Positions 31,509 to 45,363 of a stretch of DNA of 64,000 nt are shown in pieces (the first letter of the stretch is position 1; each line of letters starts with the position of its first letter). The stretch is taken from assembly GCA_035621895.1 (NCBI GenBank), contig DASPWJ010000011.1, positions 1,210-65,209 on the forward strand, in the 5' to 3' direction. The translations under genes and the position numbers were made by a program. Source of the DNA: Burkholderiaceae bacterium. GTDB lineage: Bacteria > Pseudomonadota > Gammaproteobacteria > Burkholderiales > Burkholderiaceae_F. The notes beneath the pieces were generated by a model. That model saw only the letters and a program-made list of their open reading frames with translations, was not told the origin of the DNA and did not search any database.

Positions 31509-32641
31509 TCGTCGATCGCGAGGCCGACCTGGCCTGCTTTGCTGCGCGCTCAGCCAACAGCCGAGGGCGCGAACGCACGGAGGAGCCACCGCGCTCGCGC
31601 ACCCAATTTCAGCGCGATCGTGATCGTATCGTGCATTCGACTGCCTTTCGCCGACTGGAGTACAAGACCCAGGTCTTCGTCAACCACGAAGGCGATCTGT
31701 TTCGAACGCGGCTGACGCATTCGCTGGAGGTGGCACAGATTGCGCGCTCGGTCGCGCGTTGCCTGTGCGTGAACGAAGACCTGATTGAGGCGATTGCGCT
31801 GGCACACGATCTAGGGCACACGCCATTTGGGCATGCGGGTCAGGATGCGCTCAACGAGTGCATGCTGCCTTTTGGCGGCTTTGAGCACAATTTGCAGTCG
31901 CTTCGAGTCGTGGACACGCTCGAAGAGCGCTACGGCGGGTTCGACGGACTGAACCTGTGCTTCGAGACGCGCGAGGGCATACTGAAGCATTGTTCTCCCG
32001 ACAACGCCCGTCGGCTCGGTGCTGTGGGCGAGCGCTTTTTACTGCGCCAGCAGGCGAGCGTCGAGGCCCAGGTCGCCAACCTCGCCGATGAGATCGCGTA
32101 TTGCAATCACGACATCGATGACGGCATACGCTCTGGCCTGATTGAGTCGGCGCAACTTGAGCAAGTTTCGCTGTATGCGCGTCACCGTCAAATGGTGCTG
32201 CAGAAAATGCCAACGATCAGTGCCCGTCGCGTGGTGTATGAGACCGTACGGCGAATCATCGATACCCTGGTCCTGGATCTGATCGAGGAATCCGGGCGGC
32301 GCATTGCAGCCGCTGCGCCCGCCGCGATTGAGGATGTACGCAAAGCTCCTGCGCTGGTTGCATTTTCGGCACCGATTCGTGCCGAAGCCGATGCGCTCAA
32401 GGCCTTTTTGCACCGCAATTTGTACCGACACCCCCAAGTCGTGCGGATGACGACAAAAGCCGGGCGGATCGTGCGCGAACTGTTTGCTGCCTTTCAGGCC
32501 GAACCGCGCCTGCTGCCGCTGGAGCACTGCGCGCGCGTCGAACACGAGGGCCCGCGCGCAATTTCCGACTACATCGCGGGAATGACCGATCGCTTCGCGA
32601 TTCGCGAACATCGCCGCCTGTTCGCCGTAGGGGAATTCTGA
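31505..32641 (+). CDS. dgt: dGTP triphosphohydrolase-like HD-domain protein
   Basis: [24 protein letters not shown] plus [11 protein letters not shown]...[14 protein letters not shown] start overlapping the aroB stop (TTGA). Confidence 0.9.
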   Translation: MIVDREADLACFAARSANSRGRERTEEPPRSRTQFQRDRDRIVHSTAFRRLEYKTQVFVNHEGDLFRTRLTHSLEVAQIARSVARCLCVNEDLIEAIALAHDLGHTPFGHAGQDALNECMLPFGGFEHNLQSLRVVDTLEERYGGFDGLNLCFETREGILKHCSPDNARRLGAVGERFLLRQQASVEAQVANLADEIAYCNHDIDDGIRSGLIESAQLEQVSLYARHRQMVLQKMPTISARRVVYETVRRIIDTLVLDLIEESGRRIAAAAPAAIEDVRKAPALVAFSAPIRAEADALKAFLHRNLYRHPQVVRMTTKAGRIVRELFAAFQAEPRLLPLEHCARVEHEGPRAISDYIAGMTDRFAIREHRRLFAVGEF

Positions 32642-32692
32642 GCCCACTGCCATGAGCGCGCATCGGCGCCACAGCCGGACCGGTTAAGGACC

Positions 32693-33397
32693 ATGGCACG
32701 ACTGGCCCGACTTGCACTGGCTGGATGCGTGCATCATGTCCTGCAGCGTGGCATTGACCGTCGGCCGATCTTTCGGGACGCGACGGATTTTTCCCGTATG
32801 CTGGACGATCTTGCCGGCGTCGCACGACAGGGCCCTTTCGCGATCCATGCCTACGTGCTCATGCCGGATCATTTTCACCTGCTGCTCACGCCGGGCGACG
32901 CCCAGGCATTAAGCCGCGGCATGCAGGCGCTGGGCCGGCGCTACGTGCGCTGGTTTAACGAGCGGCACGGCCGCTCGGGCACACTTTGGGAAGGTCGCTT
33001 CCGCAGTACGGTGCTCGAGCCCGAGCGCTATCTGGTCGATTGCATGCGCTATATCGAACTAAACCCGATGCGCTCCGCCTTGGTTGCCGACGCGGCCTCT
33101 TACCCTTGGTCGAGCATGGCACACCACCTGGGCCTGCGCATCGATCCCCTCATCACCGATCACCCGCAGTTTTGGTCGCTGGGTAACACACCGTTTGAAC
33201 GGCAGGCCGCGTATCGGCGGCTGTGCGCTGCGCCTTTAGAGCCAGCGGTGTTGGAGCAGCTGCGCGCGAGTATTCATCACGGTTGGCCCTTGGGCACGCG
33301 CGAATTCATCGAAGCACTCGCACGCAAGACCGCCCGACCGCTGGCCCGCCGGCCGGTTGGAAGGCCGCGGCGCAAAACCGCAGCGCCGGCACCCTAG
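32693..33397 (+). CDS. REP-associated tyrosine transposase-like protein (RAYT / IS200-IS605 Y1 HUH family), solitary copy
   Basis: HHVLQRG N-terminal motif, HUH motif PDHFHLLLTP, catalytic-Tyr helix RYIELNPMRSALV, and a basic tail ending GRPRRK. Confidence 0.85.
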   Translation: MARLARLALAGCVHHVLQRGIDRRPIFRDATDFSRMLDDLAGVARQGPFAIHAYVLMPDHFHLLLTPGDAQALSRGMQALGRRYVRWFNERHGRSGTLWEGRFRSTVLEPERYLVDCMRYIELNPMRSALVADAASYPWSSMAHHLGLRIDPLITDHPQFWSLGNTPFERQAAYRRLCAAPLEPAVLEQLRASIHHGWPLGTREFIEALARKTARPLARRPVGRPRRKTAAPAP

Positions 33398-33429
33398 GAG
33401 AAGGGACGATCCGCTTTCTCATCGATGTC

Positions 33430-34758
33430 ATGAGCGTGCTCCCGCTGTCCGTGTGGTTGCGCAAACGCTTGCCGCTTGTGAGGCTTGGGCCCGGCGACTT
33501 GCTGCGCGATGCGCTGTACCGGCGCCTTTGGATTTCGATCCTTATCAGCTCATTGGCGGGGCAGATCACGCTTCTTGCCGTGCCACTGACTGCGGCGGCG
33601 CTGCTTAATGCCTCGCCAACGCAAATGGGATGGCTGACGGCAATGGAATCCATACCGCTGGTTCTTTTCTCGCTACCCGCGGGGGTTTGGCTTGACCGGG
33701 TTCGAAAGCTGCCCGTCTATGTCAGTGGCGAGGTGCTATTGGCGCTGGTTGTTGGCAGTGTGCCTCTGGCCTGGTGGCAGGGCTGGCTTTCGATGCCCTG
33801 GCTGTACGTTGTCGCGTTCCTGATCGGGTCCATCTATACGATGGCCGGTAGCGCCGCGCAGATCGTCTTGACGCAAATCGTTCCCCGCGTTCGCCTCGTC
33901 GAGGCCCACGCGAGAAACGCGCTCGCCTCCTCGGCCGCGGAGGTCGCGGGGCCGGGCGCCGCGGGCGCGCTAATCAAACTTACCGGCGCACCATTAGCGT
34001 TACTTGCCAATGTCTTTTTGCTGGCAATTTCCGCAGGGATCCTGCGCGGTATCGGAGTGAAGGAAGGGCCGCGACACCGACGAACGCACTTTTGGCGCTC
34101 GATGCGTGCCGGCCTGAGCTTTGTCAGTCGTCATCGCCTGCTGGTGACTATGGCAGTGGCGGTCGGGGCGTTCCAGATGTGCTACCAAGCTGCTTTGGTT
34201 GTGCAGATCCTGATTGCCACGCGGCTGCTGCACCTATCAGAACACGCGATCGGACTTTGCTACGTTGCGCAGGGCGTAGGCACCATATTTGCCAGTTCGG
34301 TCGGCCACACGCTCGCGCGACGCATCGGGCCGGGGCCGGCGTTGGTGCTGGGGATCGCGCTTTGCGCCGTGGGCTGGCTGTTGCTGGCACTCGCTCCGGC
34401 GGGCGCGCTGGGGGTCATCGCTTTTACGCTCATGCTTACCTGCTTTGGAGTCGGCGCGGTGTTTCTTTTCATCAATTTTCTCGCGCTACGGCAGGCGGTG
34501 ACGCCTGCGCCCCTGCTGGGACGAATGACTACCACGATGCGCTGGTTGATCTTGCTGCCAGGTCCTCCCGGGGCGCTGCTCGGTGGCTGGCTTGGCGAGC
34601 ATCTGGGCTTGCAGGCGGCGATGGGATTTTCGGGCGGCGTGGGTTTGCTGCTGGCACTGTTGGCTGCGCGCCAGCCGATACTGCGCAACTTGCGCACCCT
34701 GCCAAGCGCGGAACGCGATGCCAGCGCCTTGGCGGCTCCACCGGCTTTGTCTGGTTAG
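33430..34758 (+). CDS. MFS transporter (12 TM, EntS-like exporter family)
   Basis: Hydrophobic 12-TM pattern with the conserved loop WLDRVRKLP after TM2. Start moved from 33223 to 33430; the track ORF overlaps the RAYT gene. Confidence 0.8.
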   Translation: MSVLPLSVWLRKRLPLVRLGPGDLLRDALYRRLWISILISSLAGQITLLAVPLTAAALLNASPTQMGWLTAMESIPLVLFSLPAGVWLDRVRKLPVYVSGEVLLALVVGSVPLAWWQGWLSMPWLYVVAFLIGSIYTMAGSAAQIVLTQIVPRVRLVEAHARNALASSAAEVAGPGAAGALIKLTGAPLALLANVFLLAISAGILRGIGVKEGPRHRRTHFWRSMRAGLSFVSRHRLLVTMAVAVGAFQMCYQAALVVQILIATRLLHLSEHAIGLCYVAQGVGTIFASSVGHTLARRIGPGPALVLGIALCAVGWLLLALAPAGALGVIAFTLMLTCFGVGAVFLFINFLALRQAVTPAPLLGRMTTTMRWLILLPGPPGALLGGWLGEHLGLQAAMGFSGGVGLLLALLAARQPILRNLRTLPSAERDASALAAPPALSG

Positions 34759-34836
34759 CGCGCCGCTGCCTTACATTCTCGCCACCGATTGGGACAGCAA
34801 TTACCCTTGGGTCGTCTTTGTGCCGCTTAATGCCCT

Positions 34837-36594
34837 ATGGAACCGACAAGTGCCGCCATTTCCGTAGCCCCACCCGAGATACGCGTTCGCTCCGGGGCCG
34901 TCGAGGGCGAATTGTTCGGTCATCCCAAGGGCTTGTTCGTGTGCTTCTTTACCGAGATGTGGGAGCGCTTTTCCTTTTACGGCATGAAGGCCCTGCTGCT
35001 GCTGTACATGCTCAAGCACCATCTATTTGGCGACGAGCTTGGGTATCTTGTTCTCGGAGCATACGCGGGCCTGGTGTATGCCGTCCCGGTGCTCGGCGGC
35101 ATGATTGCCGACCGCCTGTTGGGGATGCGCAAGGCGGTGGTCTTCGGCGGAATTTTGCTGTGTTTCGGACACCTGGGCATGGCCTACGAGGGCCAGGCGG
35201 CAACGGTCGATGCCGCTGGCCTTATCACCCGAGACGGTACCGCGCTGGCGGCGTTTTACGTGTCTTTGTCGTTAATTATCTGCGGCGTGGGTTTCCTCAA
35301 ACCCAATGTCGCGACCATCGTCGGTTTGCTCTACCCCTCCAGCGATCCGCGGCGCGATTCGGGTTTCACGCTGTATTACGCTGGCATCAATCTGGGCGCG
35401 CTCTTTTCGAGCCTGATCTGCGGCTACATCGGCGAAGTCTACGGCTGGCGTTATGGCTTTGGTGCCGCGGGCGTTGGCATGCTCGCAGGCCTTGCGGTCT
35501 TTCTGACCGGCCAACGCTATCTGCTTGATGTTGGCGAGCCGCCCGACCCGCAGCGGCTGAGCGCCAAGCTGCTCGGCCCCATTCGAGTACAGAGCGCCAT
35601 CTACGGGGGCACGCTGCTTGCGGTCGTGCTCATCGCGACGTTGCTCAACGCGCCGCGCGTTGTCGCGAGCGTGCAAGGCGCCATGCTTGCGATTTGGTTG
35701 CTTTGGTTAGCGTGGTATCTGCGCACCCACGCCGATCGCGTGCAGCGCGGTCGCATGATTAGCATCATCGTTTTCATCACCTTCGTGCTGCTTTTTTTTG
35801 CGCTGTATGAGCAGACCTATGCGTCGTGGGTGACATTTACCGACCGCATGCTCAACAAGGACCTATTTCCCGATCTTGTGATCCGTGAAGGCAAACCCTT
35901 ACCCTGGTCCGTCGCGCCGCTTGCGGCCTCGCCTCTGATTGCCGCTTTTGCCTTGCGTCAGCGCTCGTCGCGTGTGGCCGCGATGGCGCTTGCCGCTTTG
36001 ACGATCGCGGGCTTCGCCCTCATTTTGCGCGACAGCGTCGTGTTGCCTCAGACCGCGGGCTCGCTTACCTACTTGGGTGCCTTTTTCATCGTGCTGCTCG
36101 CGCCGCTGTTCGCATGGCTCTGGCCGTTTCTGGATCGCTTGGGCGCCAACCCGCGCAAGAGCACGAAATGCGTAATTGGGTTGATGCTGGCCGGTTTGTC
36201 GTTCTTGCCTTTGGTTTGGGCCAATGACGTCGCCGCTCAGGGGCGGTTGGCTAGCGTTTGGTGGCTGGCGCTGGCGTACGTTATTTTGGAAGTGGGCGAA
36301 GTTTGTCTTTCGCCCATCACGCTGGCCGCCGTCTCCGAGCTCAGCATGCCCAAGGTCGCTGCAGTGATGATGAGCGGATGGCTGCTGGCAACCTCGTTTT
36401 CCGAACAGCTCGCTGCCTTGTTCTCCAGCTTCGCGTCGCTGCAGATTGCGCCTGGCGCGCGCGTGGACATGGCACAGGCGGCGGAGAAATACGGTGGCTT
36501 GTTTCACCACATGGTGTGGCTGGGTTTGGCCTCGGCGGTGCTGGCGCTGTTATTAAGCCCGCTGTTGCGCCGCTGGATGCACGGCGTGCGGTAA
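34837..36594 (+). CDS. Proton-dependent oligopeptide transporter (POT/PTR2 family)
   Basis: PTR2 signature GHPKGLFVCFFTEMWERFSFYGMKALLLLYM. 585 aa, 14-TM type. Confidence 0.88.
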   Translation: MEPTSAAISVAPPEIRVRSGAVEGELFGHPKGLFVCFFTEMWERFSFYGMKALLLLYMLKHHLFGDELGYLVLGAYAGLVYAVPVLGGMIADRLLGMRKAVVFGGILLCFGHLGMAYEGQAATVDAAGLITRDGTALAAFYVSLSLIICGVGFLKPNVATIVGLLYPSSDPRRDSGFTLYYAGINLGALFSSLICGYIGEVYGWRYGFGAAGVGMLAGLAVFLTGQRYLLDVGEPPDPQRLSAKLLGPIRVQSAIYGGTLLAVVLIATLLNAPRVVASVQGAMLAIWLLWLAWYLRTHADRVQRGRMISIIVFITFVLLFFALYEQTYASWVTFTDRMLNKDLFPDLVIREGKPLPWSVAPLAASPLIAAFALRQRSSRVAAMALAALTIAGFALILRDSVVLPQTAGSLTYLGAFFIVLLAPLFAWLWPFLDRLGANPRKSTKCVIGLMLAGLSFLPLVWANDVAAQGRLASVWWLALAYVILEVGEVCLSPITLAAVSELSMPKVAAVMMSGWLLATSFSEQLAALFSSFASLQIAPGARVDMAQAAEKYGGLFHHMVWLGLASAVLALLLSPLLRRWMHGVR

Positions 36595-37731
36595 CTAGGC
36601 AAGTACGTGCAGAGTTGGAGTGCCCGTGTCGAGCACGGCGCCGCATTCGGCGGCCGCCCCCAAGCCATGTCGTCGAAACGTCTCCAGCACCGATGCAACG
36701 GCGCCGGGTGCGCAGCTCACCAGCAGTCCGCCGCTGGTTTGTGGATCCGTAAGCAGCGCTCGGTCGACCAGCGTAAAACCCGCAGGCAGATGAACCTGCC
36801 CGCCGTAGCTTTCCCAATTACGCGCCGATGCACCGGTAATAAAGCCCCGTAGCGCAAGCTCGCGTGCGCGGGGCAGCAATGGCACGTGCGGCCAATTGAT
36901 CTGCAGCACGCAAGATGCGCCTTGGGCGAATTCCAGTGCGTGTCCCGCCAGCCCAAATCCCGTGACGTCGGAGAGCGCGTGCACGCCGTCGAGGGCGGCG
37001 AGTTCCGGTCCCGCCGTATTTAGGTGTGTCGTCGTGTCGATCAGGCCGGCGTAGCCTTCGGCGTCGAGCGCATCTTTTTTGAGCGCTGCCGAATAGATGC
37101 CCACGCCGAGCGGTTTACCCAGTATGAGGCGATCGCCGGGGCGCGAGCCGCTGTTGCGCGCAACTCGCCGCGGGTGCACAAGTCCGATCACAACAAGGCC
37201 GTAGATTGGTTCGACCGAGTCAATGGTGTGGCCCCCGGCAACCGGAACGCCTGCACTCGCACAGACGCAAGCGCCGCCGTCCATGATCGCAGCGATGGTC
37301 TGGGTCGACAAAACCTTTACCGGCATACCGACCAGCGCGAGCGCCAAAATGGGCCTTGCGCCCATGGCGTAAATGTCCGAAATCGCGTTGGCCGCGGCGA
37401 TGCGGCCAAAGTCGAAGGGATCGTCGACGATGGGCATAAAAAAGTCCGTGGTGGCAACCAGAGCCTGCTCCTCGTTGAGCCGATACACCGCGGCATCGTC
37501 CGCCGTCTCGATGCCAACGAGAAGTTCGGGCGGAATGGGCAGGCGCGCCGTGCCGCGCAAAATTTGCGCTAAAAGGGCGGGCGAAACCTTGCATCCACAA
37601 CCGCCGCCGTGCGCAAGGGAAGTAAGCCGAGGCTGCGCGCTGGCCGGCTGAATTGCCGTGGGTGCTCCAGCGCCCGGCGCCAAGGGGGCGGTGGCGCTTG
37701 ACGAGGCTGTATCGGCGGAAGGCTCAGACAT
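36595..37731 (-). CDS. selD: Selenide, water dikinase (selenophosphate synthetase), Cys-type
   Basis: HGGGCGCKVSP active-site loop (codon 45 is TGT, not TGA) and the AIR-synthase-like fold. About 35 aa of low-complexity N-terminal sequence. Its stop abuts the POT stop. Confidence 0.9.
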   Translation of the reverse strand: MSEPSADTASSSATAPLAPGAGAPTAIQPASAQPRLTSLAHGGGCGCKVSPALLAQILRGTARLPIPPELLVGIETADDAAVYRLNEEQALVATTDFFMPIVDDPFDFGRIAAANAISDIYAMGARPILALALVGMPVKVLSTQTIAAIMDGGACVCASAGVPVAGGHTIDSVEPIYGLVVIGLVHPRRVARNSGSRPGDRLILGKPLGVGIYSAALKKDALDAEGYAGLIDTTTHLNTAGPELAALDGVHALSDVTGFGLAGHALEFAQGASCVLQINWPHVPLLPRARELALRGFITGASARNWESYGGQVHLPAGFTLVDRALLTDPQTSGGLLVSCAPGAVASVLETFRRHGLGAAAECGAVLDTGTPTLHVLA

Positions 37732-37859
37732 TTTTCTCTTTGCGGCGATGCGGCGCAGGTTGGCAACTATACGTCGGCCAGCGACGGATCAGGGCGCTGT
37801 CTTTTACCGAGCTCTAAGCGCCATAACCCGCAAAATCGCCGATCGGTCATAACTCTGTC

Positions 37860-37985
37860 CCCATTTAAATTGAAACAGTATTGATGTACCGTAAAAAAGT
37901 ACTCTGACCCCTTTTATATCCATTGAGCGCTTTGGTGCGTTGCGATACATTTCATTGCTTGGTCACAGCGACCGGTGCCGGTCGC
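37860..37985. promoter_or_regulatory. AT-rich island plus palindrome in the selD/gltB divergent control region
   Basis: Roughly 37860-37960 is conspicuously AT-rich in a GC-rich genome (CCATTTAAATTGAAACAGTATTGATGTACCGTAAAAAAGTACTCTGACCCCTTTTATATCC). Candidate TTGAAA-N16-TAAAAA promoter at 37870-37897. Inverted repeat GCGACCG-GTGC-CGGTCGC at 37968-37985. Confidence 0.35.
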
Positions 37986-38041
37986 GAACGCAGCGCAGGG
38001 CGCGTTTTGACGCAAGCTCGAGCATGGGCTAGGAGTGTCAA

Positions 38042-42820
<4,779 letters not shown>

Positions 42821-42867
42821 GGCGCCGCCCCCTTACCGACGCATATTTGCGCAAGAGCGCCACGAAT

Positions 42868-44370
42868 ATGGGAAAAGTCACTGGATTTTTGGAATACCCG
42901 CGCCAAGAGGAGGCCGCAGAGCCGCCCGGACAGCGCACGCAGCACTGGCACGAATTTCTTGTTCACCTCGATCCGGAGCGATCTCGCATCCAGGCCGCGC
43001 GCTGCATGGATTGCGGCACCCCCTTTTGCAATAACGGGTGCCCGGTGAATAACATCATTCCGGATTTCAATGACCTCGTGTATCGCCAGCAATGGTACGA
43101 GGCGAGCCAGGTGCTGCAATCGACCAATAATTTTCCTGAGTTTACGGGCCGCGTCTGCCCGGCGCCGTGTGAGGCAGCTTGCACCCTGAACTTCAACGAC
43201 ACCGCCGTAGGCATCAAGTCGATCGAGCATGCCATCATCGATCGGGCCTGGAGCGAAGGGTGGGTATGCGCGCAGGCGCCGTCGCGCTCCTCCGGCAAGA
43301 AGGTGGCCATCGTTGGCAGTGGACCAGCAGGCCTGGCGTGTGCGCAACAACTTGCGCGGGCTGGACACGAGGTCACCGTGTTTGAGAAAAACGACCGACC
43401 CGGGGGACTGCTGCGCTACGGGATACCCGATTTCAAGCTCGAAAAAAACCACATCGACCGACGCATTGCACAAATGGCCGAGGAAGGTGTCATCTTTCGT
43501 ACGGGCGTGCTGGTTGCGCCTGAAGGCAAGACCGATCTGGGCACGGTGTTGCGTACCGGCATGCAGCAGGTGCTGCCGCAACAGCTTACGCAACAGTTTG
43601 ATGCGGTCGTTCTTGCCGGAGGCTCCGAACAGCCGCGCGACCTCCAGGTGCCAGGGCGCGAGCTCAAGGGCGTGCACTTCGCAATGGAGTTTCTTGCTGC
43701 GCAAAATCGCGTCAACTATGGCGAGAAGTTGGCGACACAAATTCTTGCCAAGGACAAGCATGTGATCGTCATCGGTGGGGGCGACACGGGCTCGGATTGT
43801 GTGGGCACGTCCAATCGGCACGCCGCCAAGTCGGTCACGCAATTCGAATTGCTCCCGCAGCCGCCGGCCTCGGAGAACAAGGCGCTCGTATGGCCGTATT
43901 GGCCGCTACGCTTGCGCACCTCGAGTTCGCATGAGGAAGGCTGCGAGCGCGACTGGGCCGTCACCACAAAGCTCTTTCGCGACGACGGTAAAGGCAACGT
44001 AAAGTCGCTCGTGGCCGCACGCGTTCAATGGCAAAAAGATCCGGTCACTGGCCAATCGAAGATGGTCGAGGTGCCAGGCTCCGAATTCGAGTTGCCGGCC
44101 GATTTAGTATTGCTGGCGATGGGGTTCGTTTCCCCCCTTTCCATGGTGCTTGACGCCTTCGGTGTGGAGAAGGACGCGCGCGCCAACGTCCTGGCAACCA
44201 CGGAAGAGGGTGCGCCGCGCCCGCCCTACGCGACCTCGCAACCGAAGATTTTTGCTGCCGGCGATATGCGCCGCGGCCAATCGCTCGTAGTGTGGGCAAT
44301 CCGCGAAGGTCGCCAATGCGCGCGCGCGGTTGATGAGTTTCTTATGGGAGCCTCGGAATTGCCACGCTGA
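42868..44370 (+). CDS. gltD: Glutamate synthase (NADPH) small subunit
   Basis: [11 protein letters not shown]-terminus, Fe-S motif [20 protein letters not shown] and FAD/NAD fold [14 protein letters not shown]. Start moved from 42847 to 42868. Confidence 0.95.
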   Translation: MGKVTGFLEYPRQEEAAEPPGQRTQHWHEFLVHLDPERSRIQAARCMDCGTPFCNNGCPVNNIIPDFNDLVYRQQWYEASQVLQSTNNFPEFTGRVCPAPCEAACTLNFNDTAVGIKSIEHAIIDRAWSEGWVCAQAPSRSSGKKVAIVGSGPAGLACAQQLARAGHEVTVFEKNDRPGGLLRYGIPDFKLEKNHIDRRIAQMAEEGVIFRTGVLVAPEGKTDLGTVLRTGMQQVLPQQLTQQFDAVVLAGGSEQPRDLQVPGRELKGVHFAMEFLAAQNRVNYGEKLATQILAKDKHVIVIGGGDTGSDCVGTSNRHAAKSVTQFELLPQPPASENKALVWPYWPLRLRTSSSHEEGCERDWAVTTKLFRDDGKGNVKSLVAARVQWQKDPVTGQSKMVEVPGSEFELPADLVLLAMGFVSPLSMVLDAFGVEKDARANVLATTEEGAPRPPYATSQPKIFAAGDMRRGQSLVVWAIREGRQCARAVDEFLMGASELPR

Positions 44371-44414
44371 CAGCGCCGACACTTGGGTCAGATAGGTTGC
44401 AGAAACAAAGTGTT

Positions 44415-44456
44415 GCGCTTATGACCGCGTCAGCGGCGCGGTAGCGCATTTTCCTG
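44415..44456 (+). terminator. Candidate gltBD terminator
   Basis: Nested complementarity: GCGCT (44415-44419) with AGCGC (44443-44447), enclosing ACCGCG-N7-CGCGGT (44424-44442), followed by ATTTTCC. Confidence 0.35.
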
Positions 44457-44480
44457 TGCGACAATCCGCCGCAATAAAAA

Positions 44481-45362
44481 ATGAGCGGTTGGAGCAGCGG
44501 CCGCGTAATGGGCGGGAAGGAAATTTCCTTGGCGCAGCCGCACGAATCGATCGGTGCAGCGGGGAGCAATGCCCTGGTGAGTATCCAGGCGGTGACGTTC
44601 GGCTATGACAGTCGCGCGGTCCTGTCGAACGTCTCTTTGGAATTTGACCGCGGAAAAGTCATCGCCATCATGGGCAGTTCGGGCTGCGGCAAGACGACCT
44701 TGCTGCGCCTAATCGGCGGCGTCATCACGCCGCAAGCGGGCCGGATCCTTTTTTCCGGTGCCCCAATTGATACCAGCGACCGTGCGGCCTTGTATGCGTT
44801 GCGCAGGCGTATGGGAATGCTTTTTCAGTTTGGCGCCCTGTTCACCGATCTGAGTGTCTTTGAGAACGTCGCCTACCCGCTGCGCGAGCACACAAAACTC
44901 TCCGAGCAGATGATCCACGATATCGTCCTCATGAAGCTCGATGCGGTTGGCTTGCGCGGGGCGGCCACATTGCGCATCTCGGAGGTTTCCGGGGGTATGT
45001 CGCGCCGCGTTGCATTGGCGCGCGCAATTGCGCTCGATCCAGAAATCATCATGTACGACGAACCCTTTGCGGGCTTAGACCCAATCTCGCTGGGGGTCAC
45101 GGCGAACCTTATCCGCCACCTGAACGATGCCACGGGTGCCACCTCGCTGATCGTCTCGCACGATGTCGAGGAGTGCTTTCGCATCTGCGACTTTGCCTAC
45201 CTCGTATCGGGCGGGCGCGTCGTTGCCCGCGGCACGCCACAGCAGTTGCAAGCCGCCGAGGACCCGGAGGTGCGCCAGTTCATTCGCGGCGAGCCCGACG
45301 GGCCGGTCCGGTTCCATTATCCGGCCGTCCCCATTGCTCAGGACCTGGGCGTCGGAGCATGA
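44481..45362 (+). CDS. mlaF: Phospholipid (Mla) ABC transporter ATP-binding protein MlaF
   Basis: Walker A GSSGCGKTT and signature VSGGMSRRVALARA, in the conserved mla order. The start could instead be the Met 9 codons downstream (44508). Confidence 0.9.
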   Translation: MSGWSSGRVMGGKEISLAQPHESIGAAGSNALVSIQAVTFGYDSRAVLSNVSLEFDRGKVIAIMGSSGCGKTTLLRLIGGVITPQAGRILFSGAPIDTSDRAALYALRRRMGMLFQFGALFTDLSVFENVAYPLREHTKLSEQMIHDIVLMKLDAVGLRGAATLRISEVSGGMSRRVALARAIALDPEIIMYDEPFAGLDPISLGVTANLIRHLNDATGATSLIVSHDVEECFRICDFAYLVSGGRVVARGTPQQLQAAEDPEVRQFIRGEPDGPVRFHYPAVPIAQDLGVGA

Positions 45363-45363
45363 G

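Noticed and set aside
32642-33430. REP elements or IS terminal hairpins flanking the RAYT gene; CRISPR-like or other interspersed repeats anywhere in the window
   Set aside because: I found no GC-rich imperfect palindromes in the flanks and no spaced direct repeats by eye. This is a visual search only, and a computational repeat finder could overturn it.
34092-35528. 478-aa plus-strand ORF spanning the MFS and POT transporter genes
   Set aside because: It is out of frame with both transporters and crosses their intergenic gap. It is extremely Arg/Gly/Ala/Pro-rich. The transporter frames show proper TM periodicity and the PTR2 signature.
37597-37599. Possible selenocysteine (TGA) codon in the SelD active-site loop
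   Set aside because: The codon is TGT (Cys), so the loop reads GGGCGCK. No recoding is involved.
45163-45363. Long N-terminal extension of mlaE overlapping mlaF by 200 bp
   Set aside because: The GTG at 45364, right after the mlaF stop, gives the normal MlaE length of about 260 aa. The extension is simply an alternate frame of mlaF.
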